Shown: positions 51,269 through 63,982, numbered from the whole stretch's first letter. The stretch is 63,982 nucleotides of DNA, filler included, from Sphacelaria rigidula (GCA_964200075.2; 3 parts of 3 records of this genome joined end to end with filler, not necessarily neighbours in it); one strand, 5' to 3'. The notes: a model not told the origin generated them from the sequence alone. Translations and numbers: made by a program.

Positions 51269-54200
51269 ATGGCGGCCGCGTCCGCACCGGATGGGGCAGG
51301 CGCAGAGCCACGAAGTAGTCCATCACCAACAGAGAATCCACAAGAGTCACTGCCTTCCTCTTCTCGTCCTATACGTGCCAGCGCAGTCCGCTTCAATGCC
51401 ATGAGCAAAGCCCTTGCGAGCACGGGCGATTGGGGCAGTAATAGTAGCACGAACGAAAACTCGATCAACACAGACGACACCAAGAATTATCTTGTTACTC
51501 AAAACGCACAGGGCTGGCTACCGCAACAACAGCAACAAACCAAGCGAAAGCGTGGCAGTAGCAGCGTTTCTGAAGCAGCAGCCGCGACGGCGGCGGCGGC
51601 GAGGGGCGAAGACTCAGGAGGAGGACGTTCTCTAGCCGGCGGCAGTGGGGGCGCGTCCGGGGTAGACGGAGAGGGACAGTCGGGTGGGGGTGTAGTCGAA
51701 GAAAGAAAAGCGGCGATGGGAGGTAGAGCGAAGAGGAGCGCCGGTGCCGGGGGCGGATTGGTGAGACGTGAGGGAACCGCAGCAGCGGATGGGTCTAAGA
51801 AATCTAACGGGCGTGGTAAGGACAAGGAAAAGAAGATCGGTAATGCCAAAGCGAGGGGTTCAGGAGCACCTGTAGGGGCGACTGTGGGCTTCGGAGCCGC
51901 GGGTAATGTAGCCTGTACCATCCCGGTTTTGCTAGAAAGCTTTCTTGATTTTACAGCAGGAGGTGGGGGGGCGGCGGCGGCAGCAGCAGGTAGAGCCCTC
52001 GGCAATTCGAAGGGAAGCGGCACCATGGCGAAAGGCAAAAAGGTGGCTAATGCAGCAGCGCCCCTCGCTACTGACATGTCGGTGGTGTGGTCAGCATTGG
52101 ATGAAGTCTTGAGTGACTTACCCTCGACTGAGGATTTGAACCTAGAGTTCATGCTTTCCGGAAAGAAGCGAGCGAGGACGACGGGTGGGGCAGGCGCTGG
52201 AGCTGATGAGGTGATTTTTTCGGCCTGTGCTGCCCTTGTTTTTCGTGTTTTTCATCAGACTGCACTACCAAGCTAATGGCATTGAATTTGTGTGTCGTGT
52301 TTATGTGTGCGCCCGTTTGCTCGGCGAGATACCTTTCTACTCTCTAAGTCTGTGTGATGCTATTTCGCGCCGTGGCTGCCCTTTAGTCTGTCCCCGGCCC
52401 CTGTCGTGTAGCCTGTTGTAGTCCTTTGATCCGGCGGATGAACATAATCAATCTGTGTGCTGCAGTTGATGCCGAGTCGATGGTGGCTGCCGTCTCGGTT
52501 CCATTCATGTGTCTGCTTTTTCTTGTGCGTAAATTTTGCCCTCTTGAGTATTCACCTGTCGTGCGCACAAGATAACGGATTGGGCCTCCGCATTTCTTGT
52601 TTGTATATCTATCCAGCAGACACACGCCAACACACCCAAACCGAGCAGATATGCCGCGGCGTCTCACAACGACTGCACAATCCCTTCAGTTTGTTTCCCC
52701 AACATCCGACTTTGCTCCCCAACAGCCAAACAGCGTATGTTTTGGCTGTTCTAGCCGCTGTTGCCCCTGCTCGGCAGCTACGAGTGTGCTTTTGTCATGT
52801 ACTCCAGGTTCAATCACGCGCACGCACCATCTGCAGTTCTGTGTTTTTTGTTCGGGTCCCTTTTTCTCATCGTAATAACCTCGGTCCCATTGTTGATGAT
52901 AAAACAGTGAGGTGTACAAGTATGCTGCAAGCAAGGGTCGGAGTAATAAGTCGCCTGCTGTTCTTGTCTTCAGTGTACTGCTTCCATACTCTGTCTTGAG
53001 AGAAAAGTAATTGCTTTCCCGAGCATCTCGTGTAGCCGTCACGGGAAAAAATGTTTCGTCTCGTCATCAAGTAGCTGAATGAAGCGCTTCTGTAACCAGG
53101 GCCGAGCGTTCTCGCTCCCAAAATAGTGGCCAGTGGTGGTGTTCTTGAAAAAAATCATCAACAAAGTACAGCAGTGGGGAGGACCGCAGAAATTTTCATC
53201 AGGTTGTGGTATGGCAGCCCGTTCATCTTTTTCATCTCTTGCCTTCGCGTTTTTACCGGCTCTGTCCTACATACCAAAAAACTCCATTTCTCGTACATGT
53301 GCATCTGGTACCCCGCCGGTATCTCTTTCTTGATTTCCCAGTACCGTTGCATAGAGACAAAAAATAATGCATGCGCATTACAAAAAAACAAACAATATGC
53401 ATCGCATTACTGACCTCGACAACCCATCCAGCACCAACGCGTGACAGCAGTCCGGCACACTGCTGACTGTAGTACATCATCCCACACGCAGGTAATATTT
53501 GTGGATGTGTAGTCAATTCCCAACACTGCCGACGGATGAGGTGTACCGTGTGTTGTTGCTGCTTGCCGTCGTGTAGGCAGGGGGCCATGCGTTGTCTTCG
53601 TTTGAATCGTACATACGGTGCAATCAGTACAGTGAAGATCTATCCCCTGCGTATGCGTCTCCAATTTTTTGTGGCGGATGGAAGTGCAGGACTACCCTGC
53701 ACCCAAATCGGCTCTTGGCGGTTGTAGTAGTCCCTGCGATATTTTCTACCATATACAGGCCGGGGGGGTCCTTGAAATGTAGCTGGCTTGAGGGTGCAAG
53801 CGCTTGTGTCTTCCTTTATCTATCCCTTCCACCCTCCGAAGCCGTGATCCTCTCGGCAACTTTATTGTCTGTGCTGTCTGTACTCGGAAGTACCGACTTC
53901 CTCACGACGCAGTAATCAACACTTCTACTTCTTACGAAAAAAGTGCAGTAGCACGGTACAACCACAACAGTACTTCTACGGTGCACCTGACCGTGCACCT
54001 GATGTCACAGACCCACCCGCATGTTTCAGTTCCAAATGCTCAATATCCCGAGCCCCGATCATGTCGAGAAATTTGTCCCTAGATTCATTGGCAAGATGTG
54101 AGTAGTACCCTACTCTAGTACCAAGGCAAAAGATTCCACTGCCGTGCTGCTTCTGTACACTGTCTGTACAGGCGCTTTCGAGAGCGCATGATTAACTGGA

Positions 54201-57200
54201 TTAATGTGCTTCTGTGACTGAGTCATTTCTACGCTGTCCTCGAAAGAACCTGAACCATGAGCTGTTGATCTTTGTTACAAGCTTGTACACTTTTCTTTTT
54301 CAAACCCGATGGTAGTCGCCCCCCACCCGCCCACTTTGAAAAAACATGCTCTGTCCCGTATCGGTGGTTCATACAAACGCGTTCTGATCTCAGCCAGAAG
54401 CACTAGCTGCTGCAGCAGTCGGTCTTACTCACCGCCGCTAGTTTGTTTTGACCCACGTTATTTTCAGAAGCTAACCCCTTGTTGCCAACCTGTAGCACCT
54501 CTCGTCCTTCAAGTTAGTTTTGCTATCGTCAGACCCCAGGAGGTTCCCGTTGTGTTCGTCTCCGTGCATACCAATCGTGTCGGGCTTCTCTAAACCTGAT
54601 TCGAAATTTCGAAATTTCATCCTCGGGTTCCGGTCACCGTACTGTCTGTCTGTTACATGCAGTGCTTGTCTCTTCTTCCGTGCCATCACATACCCTCATG
54701 CCGAGCAAACAAGAGGCAATTAGTAACCTCTGTGTTGGAGGCTCGTGGTCCAACCCGAACTTTGACAGGGTGGTAATTATGTATAAGTACTGTACGAGAG
54801 CAGTGGAACGAATCAGGGTTTCACATCAACCGCTCGTCGCGAAGGGGGTTGGTGGAGGTGACGTCATGGGTCCGCTCGTCCGAGAAGCTTAAATGAAAAT
54901 GTCGAAAAATATTGTCTACAACACTACTCTGTACTGTTGAACTAGATCGCATACTTGTGCAAAAGAACTGAAACGGTTTGGTCTTGTATTATGTGACAAC
55001 CAACATTTACTACAACATTGTTCGTCAACCCTATTTTTGAGGCTTGCAACGTTGCGCGTCCAGCCCCCCCCCCCCCCCCCCGCCGCCGGTCCTTTCCTGC
55101 TTCCAGCTTGAGAAGAACTCACACGGTTCTACCCCTTGTTGTGCGCTGCATCCAGCAGGGCAGTGGTAGCCCCGGCGGTAGCGCTGGCGAAACCAGCAGC
55201 CCCTCAGACACACGCAACATACAGGCGGCAACCGCGGCAGCAGCAGCGACTGCATCCGCGGCCCAGCATCGTAAACAACGCCAGTCTCCGAAGAACGAGA
55301 GTATACATGAAGGCTCCTCCGGCGACACTGTCGAAAAGCGGGCGGCTGCGGCACGGGTGGCAACCCAGGCGTCGGTGGCCGAGGTATTGCTGGATGTAGG
55401 TGTGCAGGAGGGAACGCCCTTGGCGGCGGCGGGACAATCCACGTTGCCGAAAGCCAAGAACGAAGAGCACTCTCTACATACGCAGCAACTACAAGGATCC
55501 GCCGCGATGGAGGAAGACGTGTCGGTGACGGTAGCCGCTGTCAGGGGGAAGGACGGTGTCGCCGCCGTGGTCGCAGCAGTGGAGGAACTCGGTGTGGCGG
55601 CGGGGGCGCGAGCGATGGAGGAAGACGACTCGGCGGCGGAGGTCCTGGAAGACGATGTGTGCGCAAAAACTCGGGGCTTGCCGGAGAACCCGAAGGTCGC
55701 GAATGAGATGGCTGAATGCCAGGCAGCTCTTATGGAAGCGGAAGCAAAGGCGGCCGGCAAACTCAAGAAGCTTTCTGTCGAGATCGATAGTCTGCGATTC
55801 CGACCAGATTCGATTGAGCACCGCGAATTCACACAGTGGGCGGAAGCGACCTTGGAGGCGTTTAAACCGGTGAGCGGTCGTTTGTTGATCTTCTGCGGGG
55901 ACAGATGGTGGAACAGAAAAGCCATCGTGTCATACCGGAAGGCTTCCAGCGTTTTTTCAGAACAGTGAAGGGAAGTTGGGGCAAAGCAGGGGGGGGGGGG
56001 CATGATGAAGTGAAGGAATGAGGGATGGCGGCTTCTTGGTTTTGGAGTGTGACGATCCGTGCCGCTCGCGAGTACACTCCGTGTTTCCAGCGTCGATATT
56101 TTTCATCCTCTGGAAAAAATGCAAAACTTTCATGACACCTTGGAGTGTGCACCCCCCCCTCCCTTTCCCTCTCCATCGCTACATCTGTCCCCAAGGAAGC
56201 GAACGCCTGTCATTGGCCTCGTGATGATTAGTCATCATTTCGTGTCTTCGGCTTGTTCCTCCGTGTTTTTTTTATTCGCAGCTCTCGTACATGCGGTCAG
56301 AAGTCGAAACGACCAAATGATATCCGCCGCTGAAATTGGCGTAGATGCGCATATACCCATGTGTTTCGGCCCCCTTATGCTAACTGAATCTCCCGTGCCC
56401 CGTCCCACTCACATTATTTATTGGCCTCGGACTCCCCCGCTGTGTCGGTTCGACCATTCCTGGTACGCGAAATACACACACACACACACACACACACACA
56501 GTTGGATGAACGTATGATGGTCGACCGCGCTGCCCGAAACGATAAGTTGGAGCTCGCCCGGCGGCGTAACGAGAAGATGCAAGAAGAGGAGAATCTGGCC
56601 GTGTGCTATGTGTGTGACAACGGAGACTTCAACGAGCACGACCAGATCGTCTTCTGCGAACGGTGCTGCGTCGCGGTCCACGCGTCCTGTTACAACGTTG
56701 TTGGGGTGAGAGTCGCTGCTGGTGTAGGTGTAAAATTGATTTCATGTTGTGCTACGCACGTGTTGACGTGTGATGTAAGGAGACGGTTACGAGCAGAGGC
56801 AACGAAGAAGCGTTGATTCCCGGGCCTCTTTTGTTCTTCCTTTTCCCCCTTCTTTTCTTCTTTTTTCGGGTTTTTTTCCTTCCCCCCCCTTCCTCCCTCT
56901 TGTTTTCGAGTAGTTTCCTACGTTTCTCTGGTTGATGCCGTCCGAGTGACGCAATAATGATCTCTCACCCGTTAATTCGAATAATGGTTGATTTCCGCGC
57001 GTTTACGGCAAGTTACGATCAACTCCCAACTTGCTACTCGTCGAGTCTGATCTGTTCTGTATCATGTAGTGCTGCTGTACTGTATCGAATCCCCTCGCAC
57101 TCCCGTCCTGTTCGCGACGGTTTGTTCCCTCATCCTGCACTGCAGTTTCTGTTCTGCTGTATGTTTGTGGAGGCTACTTCTTGGTTTGCGGGATAGCGTT

Positions 57201-60200
57201 CCTCCACGCTTGACTTACGGTTATACTGTGTGGATCATGTACTTACGCGTGCGCCACTGCCACCTCTTGAGAAGTCAGAGGAAAAAATAATTGGAGATGT
57301 CTCGTCCTTTTCTCATATTGGCTACGTACTTCCTGCTGAACATTACTAAAGAGGTCGCCTGAAGTAAAATCGGTAGATGATGGTTGGTACTACGGAAATG
57401 CCAACCCTAACGCTAACAACCCCAACCGTAACCCTGACCCTAACCCCGACCAAAGCATACCGAGAACCCTCAGGCAAGGGGTGTACAGCATCGCCAGAGC
57501 AAAGTGTGCGTTGCCAGAGCTCAAATCGATGCCTTCGAGCTGATTTTGGACCCGAACATGTTCTGGACAGGCTGGGTCTCCTGCTCACCACTGCTCACCT
57601 GCCCCAACCAGGAATTTTCTCAAAACTTTTTGCAGCCTGAAATGAAGTAAAATCGAGCACCAACCATTGTTGACGGATATTTCTTTGGGTCCACTGAAGG
57701 CCCACTAAAACGATGTCGCCTGGTAAAATCCGAGCCTGATCAACCTGGATACTGCAGTAGGAATAATCCATACCCTGGACAATATATGGTCAATAGATTC
57801 AATAGACAAGAAGTGTATTGCATGAAGTATAGGCCTATTGCAAGTATTGCCGGCCGACAATAGCCGCAAAAGGCCTATACTTCATGCAGTACGTTTCTTG
57901 TCTATTGTAACTTTTGACCATATACTGTCCAAGGTGTGAAATAATCCCAAAATGGGCGTGTAGATCGAAACAAGGAATCGCCTATCTCACCAATCACGTG
58001 GTCACATGTGGTATTATCTAAATTGTCAAGGAGCAGCATGTCGCCAGCGAAAGAAGAAATACACCCAGCAAAGAGGTTCCTTCTCGGAAGATCTCAAGCG
58101 TACGGACCTATGTCCCTAGTTTCCAGCGATTGTCGGCTGGTGGCGTGCGGTAGTTAAAATAGTAGGGGATGAGAAACATGGAGGCATGTTTGTTGAAAAA
58201 ATATATATATACCCGTGTATCACGCCCCGTAACGTACGATCCCTACAATCACAGCGACTGTGACAGAAACTGTTTGCTCACTTTTCACGCTGTCTGAAGA
58301 GTTGATGAGACGGTTTTCAATTTTAGATCCCGTTTCTCAACACCAACTACAGTAGTCGCACATTTGCGTGCACACTACGATATTCTGCAGAGTTCAGCCG
58401 TTATGGGCGCCGAGTCTAAACGGGAGGATTTCTTGGCCGGCTTGGAAGAAGCCACTTTACTCCTCGATTCTCTGGACGTTCTGCACATTGCACATGTCGG
58501 GAGAGTTCTGCAGATCTGTAATGCAGATTTGATTTCTTGCTCGCATAGACGAGGACTTCGTCCAAATTCGCGTGATACTTGACGTGAAGGATTTCTGAAA
58601 AAAATATTTGAAAGGCAACGTTCTGAGAACCAGACGATTGATTGATGAGACGGGTCGCTTACACAGGTTTGAACTTGAGCGCAAATTCACGTGATGCCCA
58701 TCGTGAACTATTGAACTATTTCGAAAAAAAGTCAGCGAATCAGATGATCGATGTATTAGGCGTTTTTCCTCGTCCCAGTTCACCAGGAGACTTCCCTCGT
58801 AACTACTGGATGAAGTCAGGATGGGTTGTGTGTCTCATGCGATGAATGGAAACGCCATCGTTGACGCAGTAGCAATCAGTAGCCCCTCTCTTTTGCGGCC
58901 ATGGTTGCTCTGTGTATTGCTTGCCCTATTTCACTGATCCTCACATGGGCGTTCGATTTCTTCTTGTTTTGCAGGTGGAGAAAATCGACAAGTGGTACTG
59001 CGACTTCTGCCAGGATTTCATCGCAAAGGTACGTCCACGAATGAACATGCATGGAAGAGATGCACTGAATAGAAGAAGTCGTGGGCTATTTTTCACACGA
59101 ATTTTTTCGTGCGTCTCGAGTGCGCCCCGTGTGTATATATATGTGAATGTTGTGTGATTTTACGCTTTGTGCTTTCAGCGGTGGACGTACTCTTGGTGCC
59201 ATGATACTGTCAGATTTGCTGAGCACCGTCCGGCTTTTGCCGTGTCGACTAGAAAATGCTGCGCTTATTCCACGTGGTACACAGTACACCTTGGTAGTGG
59301 TTCGCGCATCGCCAGCGCCAACCCGGTCGTGGAACACTTTTGTAGCACATCACAACCAACATCTTGTAGCGCAACCGCAAATGAAGACAACGCACGCCAT
59401 CTAGCACACACCTACATCCCGATCGGTTTCAATCCTTCACCTCTGTCTCTTTTTTCCATCGTCTTTTTTGCCGTGCCTTCTTTCGAACCCCCTCTAGGCG
59501 AAATGCCGCCTCCAGAGACTCGAAGACGAACGCGCCAAGCTGCAACCACCGCCGCCGATGGCAGCGACGACGTGCAAGAACGGTCGTACTCCACCTTCCA
59601 TTACGATTCGAAAGAAGCCCGCGTCAGTGTCAGAGGCGCTATCTCCGCTTAGCAAGCAAACGCCACCAACAACAGCGACCACCAATGCGCTGGGGAGGTC
59701 GACCGTCTTGTCGGTCGAAGCCTGGGCGGCGAGAGCGTCGGCCGCAGCGGCCGAATCTGAAAAAACGACAATGGGTATGCTCGAGTTGACGCGAGGCGAG
59801 AAAGATTGTGCCGGCAGCGGAGGCACCCCAGGGTGGAATTGTGGAGGTAGTGGGGCTGATTCGGCGGCGATACCCGCACAACAGACGGAGACGGGGCCGA
59901 GCGTTGCGGGGCACGCAAAGTCAAATCGGAGCAGTGATACTAATAATGATGGACAAGTCGCTCGGCGAGGACGGCAGACAGGCGCGGCCGCTACAGCGAT
60001 CTCCGCCGCTGCTGCAGCGGCCGTGGCGGCAGTAACGAGCGGTCTGTTTCACGGAGGAAACACAGGGAATGATAAACGAGGGACCAGGAACGGCGGCGGG
60101 GGCGGGGCCGGTGGCGCTTCCAATGCCCTTGAGGTAGATCCGATGGTGGAGCTTGTGGCGGCGCGGTTAGTGAAGAGAGGAGAAAAGGAGTTGCGGGGCA

Positions 60201-61863
60201 AGGCTAGTGGCGCCGGTAGCCGTGCCCGCACCCACAACCGTAAGGGAAGCAGCAGCAGCAGTAGCAGCCGTAACAGCAGCCCGAAGCACGCCAACAAGCG
60301 ACACTGGGACGATTCGGGGGGTGCAAAGAAGGGAAGGAATGATGCCGGAGTTGGTGGCAGCGTGGCGGGGGGGCGTGATGGTGGGAAGCAAAAAAGCGAA
60401 ACGGGAGATGAGGCAATGCCCGCGCGGCGGTTGCCGCAACCAAGCGCGCTCCCCCCCGTGGACTGTCGAGCCATCGGCGGCGGCGACGACAACGAGCTTG
60501 TGAGCGGGTCTAACTCTGGGGATAAGATGTTGAATTTGAACACCTGCGTGCATGCGGCTGCTACTACGTTGGATGGGGAGGGAGCGGCGGCCGGAGCGGC
60601 GACAAATGTCCAGGCAAGGCAGAAGCTTGCGGACGAGGATATCGCGGATGGAAGTATCTCGTTGTACGAGGAGTTTGAGGTGAGATGGTGTTGACAACGG
60701 CAGACAGGTGGGGGTAAATTCGTTGAGGCTTTGCTTTGCGTCGTTTTTTCGTTCGAAGTCGTTCTTATGCACCAAGTCGCAACGAGCGCGCACTGGGCTG
60801 TTTGTTGACGCCCACCATGTGTGTACGGTTGGCATCACTACACCACCGTACATGATACAACAGGGGGTTTGGGGCGTGCTCGTGGTGTATCTGTACGTGT
60901 GCACACCGAGTTCCACATTCGATTTTTTGTCTCATTTCGCGGAGAATCGTTTCAAGCCGTGCGCATTCCTGCTTTCAATGGTCGAGAAGAAATCCGAGAC
61001 ATGGCAGTAACTCCGTCGTACGCCAAATGTCGGCGCGATACTGTGTACACGAACCCTGTCGAGCACACCACCAGCTCACGTTCTTGGCATGGTCCAGCAG
61101 AGGCCTATGCCAAAACACGAGCCCTCCACATAACACATGTCCATATATATCCTTACCCCCCAAATGCCCTCGTTTATCCATCCCCAGAAGAAGAGATTGC
61201 AGCTTGGAGAGGACATCGCGGACGCAAGGGTTGCCGTAGAGGAGGCATTGGAGGTACGTTCATATCAACACTGGGGAGGGGGGATCTACGCCTGACTTAT
61301 AATGGGAGGGGGGGGGGGGCAAGGGACAGCTGCAACTGGTGACATGATCGATGGGATAGGTGGTGTCCATGCAAAGACATGAATAGCCCGACTTCTTTCA
61401 CCCCGTACTGTAGTTCGAGCAACTTGCTACTAGTGATGCGCTCGTGTACTGTACCATGAGCCCAACCAGAAATCTCCGAAGTCTTGCGCTTCATCCTGAG
61501 TCGTGATTTTTTTCTGGCCCTCGTAGCACCGCGAGGATGCAGTGGTTTGTCTTGGATGTCGATTGCTCTTTCTGTCTCTGCCTCTTGTCGACACATACCC
61601 TCCCGCCGTCAGCTCACCAACCCGACGCTGTATATTGACTGCGCCGATCCTCTCCGCTGAGCGAACACCAGGTGGTTGGTGTCGAGTTTCCGTCGAGACA
61701 AAAGGGTCCGAGAGATAAGGAGGCCGTGTGCCAACTGTGCAATATCCCCGGCGGGGCTTATCTTCGGGCGTCCAAGGGCAAGAGTCGAGGCAGGGGAATG
61801 GGCTGGTGTCACTGTCTGTGTGCGCTGTCTTTGCAGTTGCCAATCCAGAATCGAATAGTGCAG
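51269..61863 (+). CDS. PHD finger + Zn-knuckle/extended PHD (PZP module; BRPF/JADE/AF10-like) chromatin protein, 3' incomplete
   Basis: All junctions are phase 0. Exons: 51269-52210, 55156/55159-55869, 56502-56705, 58975-59028, 59498-60679, 61188-61253, 61672-61863. The spliced PHD reads CYVCDNGDFNEHDQIVFCERCCVAVHASCYNVVG|VEKIDKWYCDFC. The ePHD begins CQLCNIPGGAYL...GWCHCLCAL. Confidence 0.9.
56474..56500 (+). repeat. (CA)n microsatellite directly abutting a splice acceptor
   Basis: ...cacacacacacag|TTGGATGAA; the exon starts at 56502. Confidence 0.9.
57759..57948. repeat. Intronic fold-back hairpin of about 190 bp (MITE or miRNA-like precursor)
   Basis: The left arm cataccctggacaatatatggtcaatagattcaatagacaagaagtgtattgcatgaagtataggcctattgc pairs with the right arm gcaaaaggcctatacttcatgcagtacgtttcttgtctattgtaacttttgaccatatactgtccaaggtgtg, around a very short loop. 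Confidence 0.88.
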
Positions 61864-62524
61864 GTGAGCAGGAGAGCGTGTGGTGGATGGTTTGGGCTGT
61901 CGAATGATGGTGGGTAACTGTTCCACCTGGATGTGGAGTGTCTACTGGTCTATAGCACAGTCGGAGCGTCCTTGACAACGGGGAGAAACTTGGCTCGGAA
62001 AAATAGGAAGGGGGTATGAACGGTCTCCCTCGTGTATCATGTATGTGTGTATATTTATATCCCCCCTGGGCTTTTTACATAACCGAAATTACAATACCCT
62101 CAACAAGTTGATCTATTTAGATATGCTGGAATAGATTGATCAAATGCCGTTATTTTTTTTGTTTTTGCAACAGACCAGACGAGGCATGATGTATACATAT
62201 ATGCGTGATCCCTGTTTGTGTGTGTGTGTGTGTATGTGTGTGTCACGCAAAGTATGCGGTGAAGAAAAACTCCGATCTGATCAGTTCCAATTTCATGTAA
62301 TTCGCGGAAGTTGAAATTACGACTTACCAGGTCGGAATTCTTGTATTTCGCCGCAATTTTTCGATCGACAAAACATTTTCCAAGACACTGCCTTATCATC
62401 AGCCCGAGAGCACAGCAATCAACCTGATGCGGAGCAAAACCAACCATGGCACCCCGAGAATAGATTCTTAATTTTTTTTGCCGTTCACTGAAGAAAAACA
62501 ACGACCAAGCCTGATGTGTCATTA

Positions 62525-62609
62525 GAGGCATCTCAAACTCGAGGTTCCGAATATATTTAACTGTAAATTAAAATGAAATATGCCGGGAATCTCGAGTTTG
62601 AGATACCTC
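62525..62609. repeat. Short inverted repeat/hairpin
   Basis: gaggcatctcaaactcgaggttcc ... ggaatctcgagtttgagatacctc, with an AT-rich spacer. Confidence 0.75.
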
Positions 62610-63114
62610 CACTATACTACGAAGGCAACAATTTGCGACTCTGTCCGTGCTCGGCGCCCAACCATGTTGGACGCACAACTTGTCAGCCTTTTGCGTTCTC
62701 GGAATAAAAATGCAGGGCGATTTTTTTGTTCTTCCACGCACCCAACTGTTACCTTGGGGGAACGAAAATGACTCTTCTCTTGTGGTCAAACGAAGCACAT
62801 CATGGAATCAATCGCGCCAAGCACCTCAAGTTTTTTTCTCTCGAGACGGGGTGCACGTTGCAGAAAAAAACGCAGTCTCTTCGTGGCCAAGTAGTGTCAG
62901 CAGTAAGCATGTCAATCGTGCTTCCCCCCCTCACACACGCAAAGAAGCAAGTTTGAATTTTCTTCTTTGCTTTAATGTTGTGCCCGTGAATGGGGCCCGA
63001 TTTTGGGCACTATATACCGAGAAAATGGACCGACCAACTGCACAGTCAGTTGAATGCAGAAGAAATGAAACCTTAATGTGTAAGTACCAGGGAACCAAGG
63101 AGTAGTAGCCTTAA

Positions 63115-63213
63115 CCCTTAGACCGCGAGATGAGTCTTTCTGGATCATGCATACCCTTTTTCACTTGAAATTGATGCCGATTCAACAGATGACCTACTCT
63201 CGCTGTCCAAGGG
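63115..63213. mobile_element. piggyBac-type non-autonomous mini-element (99 bp) with intact TTAA TSDs
   Basis: TTAA|CCCTTAGACCGCGAGA ... TCTCGCTGTCCAAGGG|TTAA. CCC/GGG termini with TTAA targets are hallmarks of the piggyBac superfamily. Confidence 0.85.
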
Positions 63214-63982
63214 TTAAATGAGCTGGTCAGTATCAATCACCAGTGTACGCGCCACTCGAAATGACGACGCTCATACAAAATGTACTATTACTACAACAGC
63301 ACATTCTGCAACAAAGCTGTGACTGACGTTGCTGTACACCTGTACACAGGGTTACAACAACAGGAGGATAAAAGATTGAAGCTGCTGCTCGTGTTGTTGT
63401 TGTGCTCATCTCTCGACGTGAATTTCTCGGCAACGAAGCAGAGGATTGAACTGCGGTTTGATGCATGTGCTTCCCACACACCAAAACTAGTTAGTGTGGC
63501 AGCAGGTTTCCGTAACGCGTTCCGCGGAGGCTGCAGCACTTCGCAAACCGCCGCACCAAACACGAAATGTACTAAAAAATGAGTTTCCTCCAACGTTCCG
63601 GGGCTGATCGGATCCGCTGTTGCGAATTGAGCAAACCCGTCGCCACACCGAATAGGTCTAGTGTGTGTGCGGGGGGCTGTGAAGTGCCACAGGCCGGTTT
63701 GCTTCCCGTCTCGAGAAATATGCGATGAAGAAAATACAGCTGTCCACTACTAAACCTAGGTAACTTGGGATGGAGCGTGTGTTGTGTTCGGCAGAGGTCC
63801 GACCAGTCTATGACGTCTTCAATACGTCTTCCATATCCCTCCGCGTTTGTATTATTTTTTGTTGACGGAATTTCGGTCGATAAGGCACGGGGCCCTACAG
63901 ACTGGAAAACGGTGTTCACCCCCCCAATTTCCCGAAAACCTCATTCTGGGCGACCGGGGGGAGGGGGGGGTACCCCATTTTG

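Noticed and set aside
55119-56003. 294-aa minus-strand ORF (similarly 51499-52152, 60167-60916, 48869-49321)
   Set aside because: These are antisense shadows of GC-rich real exons on the opposite strand.

Overview
This is eukaryotic, intron-rich, repeat-rich genomic DNA with GT-AG introns and Ala/Gly/Ser-rich exons. The overall style suggests a brown alga or other stramenopile; that taxon call is inference. Four protein-coding loci are supported. (1) An intronless 547-aa gene at 13731-15374 (+) ends in an MDM2/MDMX-type C2H2C4 RING. (2) A gene of 13 or more exons at about 32123-42796 (+) encodes a ferric reductase/NADPH oxidase (FRD superfamily) protein; I reconstructed it by hand from splice sites. 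It keeps the canonical heme histidines, but its GPYG motif is replaced and its NADPH domain carries long insertions; the first and last exons were not located. (3) A minus-strand gene of unknown function starts at 49683. (4) A divergently oriented PHD + Zn-knuckle/ePHD (PZP-type) chromatin-reader gene starts at 51269 (+) and is incomplete at its 3' end. The intergenic and intronic DNA holds a rearranged Ty3/gypsy LTR relic with two adjacent inverted repeats, a Ty1/copia integrase relic, a hAT-type MITE with a perfect 8-bp target-site duplication (TSD), TTAA-flanked piggyBac-type mini-elements, several fold-back elements and other dispersed repeats. Two 100-bp scaffold spacers and two 10-N gaps are assembly artefacts. 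Most short ORFs in the supplied track are spurious.
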